Of a stretch of 64,000 bases of DNA, positions 57,679 through 64,000 are shown in pieces (position 1 is the stretch's first letter; every line of letters begins with the position of its first letter). Source of the DNA: Octopus vulgaris (lineage: Eukaryota). The stretch spans positions 53,320,001 through 53,384,000 of the forward strand of contig OX597823.1 of NCBI GenBank assembly GCA_951406725.2, written 5' to 3'. A program made the translations under genes and the position numbers. The notes beneath the pieces were generated by a model. It made no database searches. It was not told the origin of the DNA and worked only from the letters and a program-made list of their open reading frames with translations.

Positions 57679-57714
57679 ATATATATGTATGTATGTATGT
57701 ATAAAAAATATATA

Positions 57715-57995
57715 TAAAAATACAAAATGGGACAAGAACGCAAAACATTCAAATAGACGACACAAAAAAAAACCGACGGGTCATTCGAAGCCTCTAATCT
57801 TCAGTCAAGAACCGGACCATCCTCGCAATTTCGGCTGATTAATCTTGAGATCGCTCCAATCCGGCCAGCCCCAAGGAAAAACTAAGCCGCGAGCATTAGA
57901 TTTCTTGGAAAAAGGATCGAATGTATACGAAACAAGGACAGAAAAACGGACGATGCCACACGAATATAAATACAAAAAACAATAATAATAATAAC

Positions 57996-58000
<5 letters not shown>
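57715..58000 (-). mobile_element. ~285-bp element inserted in TA-rich microsatellite, possibly a Penelope-type tail
   Basis: Sharp edges against (TA)n. The minus strand has CTCAAGAT..CCGAAA and CTGAAGAT..TCGAAT motifs. Orientation is inferred. Confidence 0.45.
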
Positions 58001-58067
<67 letters not shown>

Positions 58068-58919
58068 TATCATAGAATGGATTGTTATTAATTATATCGT
58101 ATGTTGAGAATATACAACAGCGTCGATCATCAACCTGCATCGAAATGTCAATCTCTTTTCGTGCGAGAACACATATATATATATATATATACACATATAT
58201 ACACATACGCACACATAAACCATAAGCATATACGGAATGTATGAATATAGATGTGTGTGTGTGTGTTTCTGCGATTGAACAGGTGGTGGTAGGTAAGGGA
58301 GGTAATGTGTCAGGGAAATGCTACAGTTGTGGGCTGAACTTTGTGTCGATAAGAAGAGGAGAAGGGGGAATATACGTTTACTCCCATGCCTCCTTTTGCT
58401 AATGGGTTTTTTACCTACCAGCGGCTACTATGGTTCCTCCCCCAAATTTTTCTTCGTACATTCCTCACACACCCACTAATAATAAACACGAAGGCCTATA
58501 CCCACCTCATAGATATACATACATACATACGTTTGTGCGTGTGTCTGTTAAACCGATATCTATCTAACGATCTATCTATGTATGAAAGAGCGTGATAGAG
58601 AGAGAGAGAGAAATAGAGGGAGAGAGAGAGAGACAGGAATAGAGAGACTGTGAGAGAGATAGGATAGACAGAAAGAGAGAGAGAGAGAGAGAGATTGGTA
58701 GATATGCATATGTGTCTATATAAATGTATATATATCCGTTTAATTAGCTTTGGGCGAATGCCTCACCATGCGCTCTTGAATGTGTGTGTGTGTGTGTTTG
58801 TGTGTGTTTGTGTGTGTGTGTGTTTATATATAATTTAAAGTTGTCTCAAATCCGATATATGTGTGAGTGAATACGGATATATATATGTCCATATTTATTC
58901 TTATATATATATATATATG

Positions 58920-58998
<79 letters not shown>

Positions 58999-59319
58999 TG
59001 TGTGTATGTATATATTCATGCATATATTAAATGTATATTCTAGATTAATAGCTTCTCCAGTTTTGCTCTATCATGCTTTCGCACAAATATTCACGTACAT
59101 ACCTACACGCACACACACACACACACACACACACCTACCATTACTCTCTCTCTCCCCTTTCTCTTTCTCTTTCTCCTTCTCTCTCTCTTTCTCTCTCTCC
59201 TTCCCCTCCTACTTTCTGTGTCTTTCTCCAACGCAAATGACTATACGTTTGTGCGCGCTCACGCATGAACATGCACACGTACGCATATGCTAATGAGATT
59301 CGAATACAGTCAGACATAC

Positions 59320-59366
59320 TTCCTCTGCTCTGAGCCGAAGCAAGCAAGAAATACTTGAATCCACGC
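59320..59366 (-). CDS. Candidate 47-nt exon
   Basis: A long AG-free pyrimidine tract ends in ctccccatacaacag, with donor GAA|gtatgt. Open in all three frames (e.g. VDSSISCLLRLRAEE). Confidence 0.35.
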
Positions 59367-59847
59367 CTGTTGTATGGGGAGTAAAATAAATTAACGGGGA
59401 AAAGAGGAAAAAGAGGAAAAAAAAAAAAGGAAAACAAAACAACAACAAAAAAATCAAAAGAATAAAGAACAGGAAAAAAAAAAACCCCAAGAAGGTCATG
59501 TGTACTATCCTTTTGTTTCCAACTGGCGAACGATTTTAATGATGACGGTGATGGTGGGGAGGATGTTGCTGTTGTTGTTGTTTTTGCTGGTGTTGGTGGT
59601 GGTGGTGGTGGTCGTGGTGGTCGTCGTCGTCGTGGAGAAGATGCTGATTACAATTCATAGATTGATGATTTTTATTTTCGATTAATTGATTGATTGATTG
59701 AGTTAGTGATTGATTGATGGAATTTTTTTTTCTTTTTCTTTTCATGGGGTGGTGGTGGTCTTTATAAATTCTCGCGACCTGCTAGAAATAACAACCAAGT
59801 CCCTCCTTTAAATCACATATCTCATCATGGTTAGGAAAAAGACAGTA

Positions 59848-59893
<46 letters not shown>

Positions 59894-59909
59894 TAATAAT
59901 AATGGCAAA

Positions 59910-60108
59910 AATTATTGGTTCAAATTTTGGCACAACACCAGCAATTTTGGAGGTGAGTGGGGTAAGTCGATTACATCGACCCCAGTATTCAACCGGTACT
60001 TATTTTATCGATCCCGAAAGGATGGAAAGCAAAGTCGACCTCGGCGGAGTCTGAATGCTTAGCAGCATTTCGTCCGAAATGCAAACGATTCTGCCAGCTC
60101 ACGTCCCT

Positions 60109-60171
<63 letters not shown>

Positions 60172-60320
60172 CCATTTTACTATAGGCGCAAGGCCTAAAA
60201 TTCGGGGGGTGTGGGGCCAGTCGATTACATCGACCCCAGTGTTCAACTGGTACTTATTTTATTGACTCCGAAAAGATAAAAGGCAAAGTCGATTTCAGCG
60301 GAATTTAAACTCAGAGCGAG
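59910..60320 (-). mobile_element. Two SINE family A copies separated by (AAT)n
   Basis: gtcgattacatcgacccagt...ggtacttatttt...aaagtcga appears at both ~59965-60045 and ~60220-60295. Confidence 0.9.
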
Positions 60321-60376
60321 GATATGCATACATACATACATACATACATACATACATACATACATACATACATACA

Positions 60377-60409
<33 letters not shown>

Positions 60410-60479
60410 GAATACATACATATAGTATTTGATTATATACAATATAATGCATCGTAGTCAAAACAAGGTGTAACATTGT

Positions 60480-60690
60480 ACTGGAGCCAGCAGAATCGTT
60501 AGCACCCGGACCAAGTACTTACCGGCAACGCGTCCGGCTTTTTGTTCTAAGTTCAAATTTTACCGCGGTCGACTTTACTACCTTTAATCCTTTCGGGGTC
60601 GATAAAATAAGTACCAGCTGAGCACTGCGGTCAGCATGATCGTTATCACCCTCCCTCAAAATTTCAGACCTTGTGCCTGTAGCAGAAAGA
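60480..60690 (+). mobile_element. SINE family A, inverted relative to 59910-60320
   Basis: gcagaatcgttagcacccgg...gttcaaattttaccgcggtcgacttt...atcctttcggggtcgataaaataagtaccag. Confidence 0.9.
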
Positions 60691-61549
60691 TTACACTGAA
60701 GTATAAAAAGAAGAAAACCTATTAAGGATTTTACAGTACAAAAATGGAGGTATCACCCAAACACATACACACATTATTTACGTAATAATTTATATATATT
60801 TATATTTTGATATTGTATTTTATTATGTTATGTATATCATACCAACCTAATGTGATGACTGAAAATGGTTGCGCGCTGAGGCATAAGTATCCGTCTGGTT
60901 TCAAATCCTTCCAGCGAATGATCATTTTTAATTTTGGCTTACGACTATTAATATGTGGGGACAGGAGTTATCATTGAATAATTGGAGTAATCAAACAAAT
61001 TAATTTTCATGCTTGTCTCGTATTGTATTTTATTTTTTATTTTAAATCAAAATGAATTAAATGGATAGGTATAAAAGCTAACTCGTTGTTCAGGATTTGA
61101 ACTCGGAACGTAGAGTTCTATTTAGGAAGCATAACCGCTTACCCTCTGTTCCTATTATACCAACGAGCGCCTTCGTTTTCTCACTCTAGCATAAAATCAG
61201 AAATTTGTTGGAGCCAAACCGTCAATTCTCTCCATATAAGGGCTTGTCTGATATTCTATTTTATCACTTTGATTCCTAAATGCTGAAAGATTAAAAAAAG
61301 TTGTGAGTTCAAATACCGCTACTAAATTTAACTGCCTTTTTCTCCTTCCAACGTCGGTACCAGTTAAATACTAGGGTCGATTTAATTGGCTAATTACTTC
61401 CCTAAATGAGTGGTTTTGTGTTTGTGATAGGAATTGAGAGTGAGCTGGTGTAGCAAAACCGTTAGAGCATCAGATGAAATGCTTTATAGTATTTAATTAC
61501 GACGTTTTAACTGATCTTTGTTTAAAATATTTGATTTTTTTTTCCTATC

Positions 61550-61765
61550 AACAACATCCGAGCAAAATATTCTACCTGTTTTATGTTCAAAGTGGCCAGA
61601 TCCAGCCTCTCACACCAACCATTTAATGTCATTTTAAAAGATGAATAATCATATCACCAAAATCTCAAAGCTACAAGGTGATAAATACAACGCATGATAA
61701 AGTCAATACATTGTGAATAAATAAACATTACACTCATCAGAGTAAGCAGAATGCTAAAATGTTAA
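61550..61765. mobile_element. Putative piggyBac-like MITE remnant
   Basis: Ends gaatgctaaaatgTTAA, similar to the ...AAAGGG-TTAA terminus. The body is recalled as a common octopus MITE, and the other terminus is not visible. Confidence 0.45.
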
Positions 61766-62004
61766 ATTAAGAGGTGGTCGGCTGCACTGGTCCTGAAAAT
61801 CTTGACCATAGTGTAGCATTCCGAACAACTGCTCTGTTTTGCATTTCGTGTTCGTCCGTTACAACGAAATACTCCCGTCAAATTACAAAAATTTAATTTA
61901 AATTACATCACCACCGTCTTGAAATAAAAGGAAAGATACATTGTGCAATGTAGTATTCTAGGTTCTGTCTTCACATCAAGCCGAAGTAAGCTTTGTCTTT
62001 CAAT

Positions 62005-62260
62005 CTGCGGCGTGCTGTGTTCTTGAGGAAGACACTTTATTTCACGTGCTCCAGTCCACTCAGCTGGCGAAAATAGGCTGTACCTGTATTTCAAAGGGCC
62101 AGCCTTGTCACATTCTGTGTTACGCTGAATCCTCCTGATTAACTACGTTAAGGGTACGCGTGTCTGTGGAGTCCTCAGCCACTTGCACGTTAATTTCACA
62201 AACAAGCTGTTCCGGTGATCGGATCAACTGGAGCATTCATCGTCGTAACTGACAGAGTGC
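62005..62260 (+). mobile_element. OR2-like SINE lacking most of the tRNA head
   Basis: tgtgttcttgaggaagacactttatttcacgtgctccagtccactcagctggc plus the full OR tail. Confidence 0.9.
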
Positions 62261-62301
62261 TCGTTCTTTTATATTCGTTTGTATTTATTATGTATATACA
62301 T

Positions 62302-62425
62302 ACGACAGGCTTCCACGTAGTTTCCACCAACCAGATTCATTCATAAGGCATTGGTCCTCTCAAGGCGTCGCGCTGTAGGACTGAACCCGAAACCACGTGG
62401 TTAGAAAGCAAGTTTCTCGACCACA
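62302..62425 (-). mobile_element. SINE family C head, internally deleted
   Basis: acgacaggcttcc...gactgaacccgaaaccacgtggttagaaagcaag...accacaca. Confidence 0.7.
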
Positions 62426-62712
62426 CACATATTTTAGGCTGCATTTTCAATGCTTGAGTACTTCACCAAACTCCAGTAAGCTTTTATATGGAAAAGCCAA
62501 GTTTTGTGATGAGCGGTAAAGGTGCTGGTGGTAGTAGTGAGAGGAACGGGGAAACGAAAGAGCATGCGAACTAAGCACGTGACCCAGTATGGATTTCCGG
62601 TTCTAGTCATTGCATTTCACTCACATAGATTTTTGTCTCCGGAAATATATGAAAACCATGCAACCACGTTCGGAAGGCATTCGTAGTTTTGTTGACAATA
62701 TGGCTGTTGCTG

Positions 62713-63300
62713 TTGTTTAACCCCAGGAGGTCAGCCCTGGTAGAGCAGGACTATGATTAAAAATGTCTTTTTAACATTATAATATTTAATGTATCCTCTT
62801 TTCCTTATTTAAAACAAGAATAGGTTAGTGATTTTAGAAAACTGTAGCAGTTATTTCTAGTAGTTCGACCAACCAAGCAGCGAGCTATTCTTGCAGCTGT
62901 TTAGCCCTAGGTCAGCTCTGTACGAACATGCTTATGATGAAACGTGTGTCAGCCGTGACCATCAAGAACGGATTTTTTTTCTGGATATAATTCATCTAAC
63001 ATTACATCATTCAATGAGTCCTTCCTTTCTAAGACTGTAAAGGTATGATTGAAGAAAAACTGACTGTGATTTCTAGAAGATCAAGTCACCCCTTATAGAT
63101 TCCTGAGTAATTCAATTGTCCAAGTTAAATCGTGAATGAACAGAAATATGATCAAGGACATTCCAGCCATGACTGTCACAACATTATAGTAGTTACTAAA
63201 ACTGCATTAGCTGATGTGTTCTTGCGTTTCTTTTAAATAGTACGATGTAGTGGTATGATATGAGGTAAATTTGGCTGCTATTTCAACCATATTCAGTGGT
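62713..63300 (-). mobile_element. Three head-to-tail units of repeat family D (~190-200 bp each)
   Basis: tatgat(t/g/c)aa near 62752, 62933 and 63147, and tattt/gatttc(t/a)a motifs near 62852, 63068 and 63279. Confidence 0.65.
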
Positions 63301-63320
63301 AATTTAATAAAAAGACACTA

Positions 63321-63634
63321 TTGGAGCAGCAGGCCACGTGGTAAGATGTTTGCTTCCCAACCACATGGTTCTGGGTTCAGTCCCACTATGTGGTACCTTG
63401 AGCAAGTATTCTCTAGTATAGCCTTCGGGTCAACCAAAGCCTTTTGAATTAATTTGGTAGATGGAAACTGAAAGAAGACCATCGTCTGTGTGTGTGTGTG
63501 TGTGTTTGCAATTGACAATTGATGTTGGGTTGTTTACGTCCTTCCAACTTAGCGGTTCGGCAACAGAACTGCACGACTCAAACCTTCAAGGCGGTGCCTC
63601 AATATGGTCGCAGTCCAATGAATGAAACAAGTAA
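63321..63634 (+). mobile_element. SINE family C
   Basis: gtggtaagatgtttgcttcccaaccacatggttctgggttcagtcccact...(GT)n...caaggcggtgcctcaatatggtcgcagtccaatgaatgaaac. Confidence 0.88.
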
Positions 63635-63945
63635 ATGACAAATGATGGAAGACGGCAGAAATGGGTAGACATCTGGCAAAATTTGCCAAGGCATTTTTCT
63701 GTCACATTTACGTTCGAGTTTCAACTCCTAACTCGGGTTCGTTCTGCTTTTAATCCACCGGGAATAGACGGAAGAAGTTTTCAGGTAAATTTTAGTGGTC
63801 ATCCCACCCTCCTCTCCCTCCTCCATTGCAATGGTATTACAACGCGGTGGACAGCATCTTCATTCATAGATATGTTTCCGTAGAAGCGGCAATTGAATAT
63901 TTATATAGATGTGTGTGCGTGTGTGTGTGTGTGTGTACCCTGTCG

Positions 63946-63981
<36 letters not shown>

Positions 63982-64000
63982 GTCTGTCTGTCTGTCTATC

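Noticed and set aside
59320-59366. Resemblance of DSSISCLLRLRAEE to the OAR motif of paired-like homeoproteins (SSIAxLRxKAxxH)
   Set aside because: Spacing is off by one residue, the His is absent, and no homeobox is visible. Treated as coincidence.
62575-62602. cacgtgac E-box next to a tttccggt ETS-like site as a possible promoter
   Set aside because: Two short motifs between repeats, with no supporting exon or CpG-rich context.

Overview
This is AT-rich eukaryotic, animal-type non-coding DNA. It is saturated with microsatellites ((TA)n, (GT)n, (TATG)n, (GATA)n, (TAA)n, (GAA)n, (TAC)n) and short interspersed repeats. The tRNA-Arg-headed SINEs match, from recall, the octopus OR1/OR2 families, so the source is most likely an Octopus genome (intronic or intergenic). 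There is no intact long protein-coding ORF, and almost the whole ORF track is microsatellite translation. The recognisable coding relics are the 3' end of a mariner transposase (~51.83-52.03 kb) and a decayed restriction-like endonuclease domain of an R4/Dong-type non-LTR retrotransposon (~47.0-47.9 kb). At least five SINE or SINE-like families are present. Three copies retain 11-15 bp target-site duplications, and some families share heads or tails in a modular way. Four things merit a second look. (i) Short elements embedded in (TA)n carry minimal hammerhead-ribozyme-like motifs of the Penelope type, including an inverted pair. (ii) Perfect fold-back hairpins recur (49-bp and 16-bp stems, and an 18-bp palindrome at a duplication junction). 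(iii) A ~200-bp (AAC)n-tailed element forms head-to-tail arrays. (iv) A set of candidate minus-strand small exons can be joined in phase; this is unverified. Family names and domain assignments come from recall and by-eye alignment, not from database searches.
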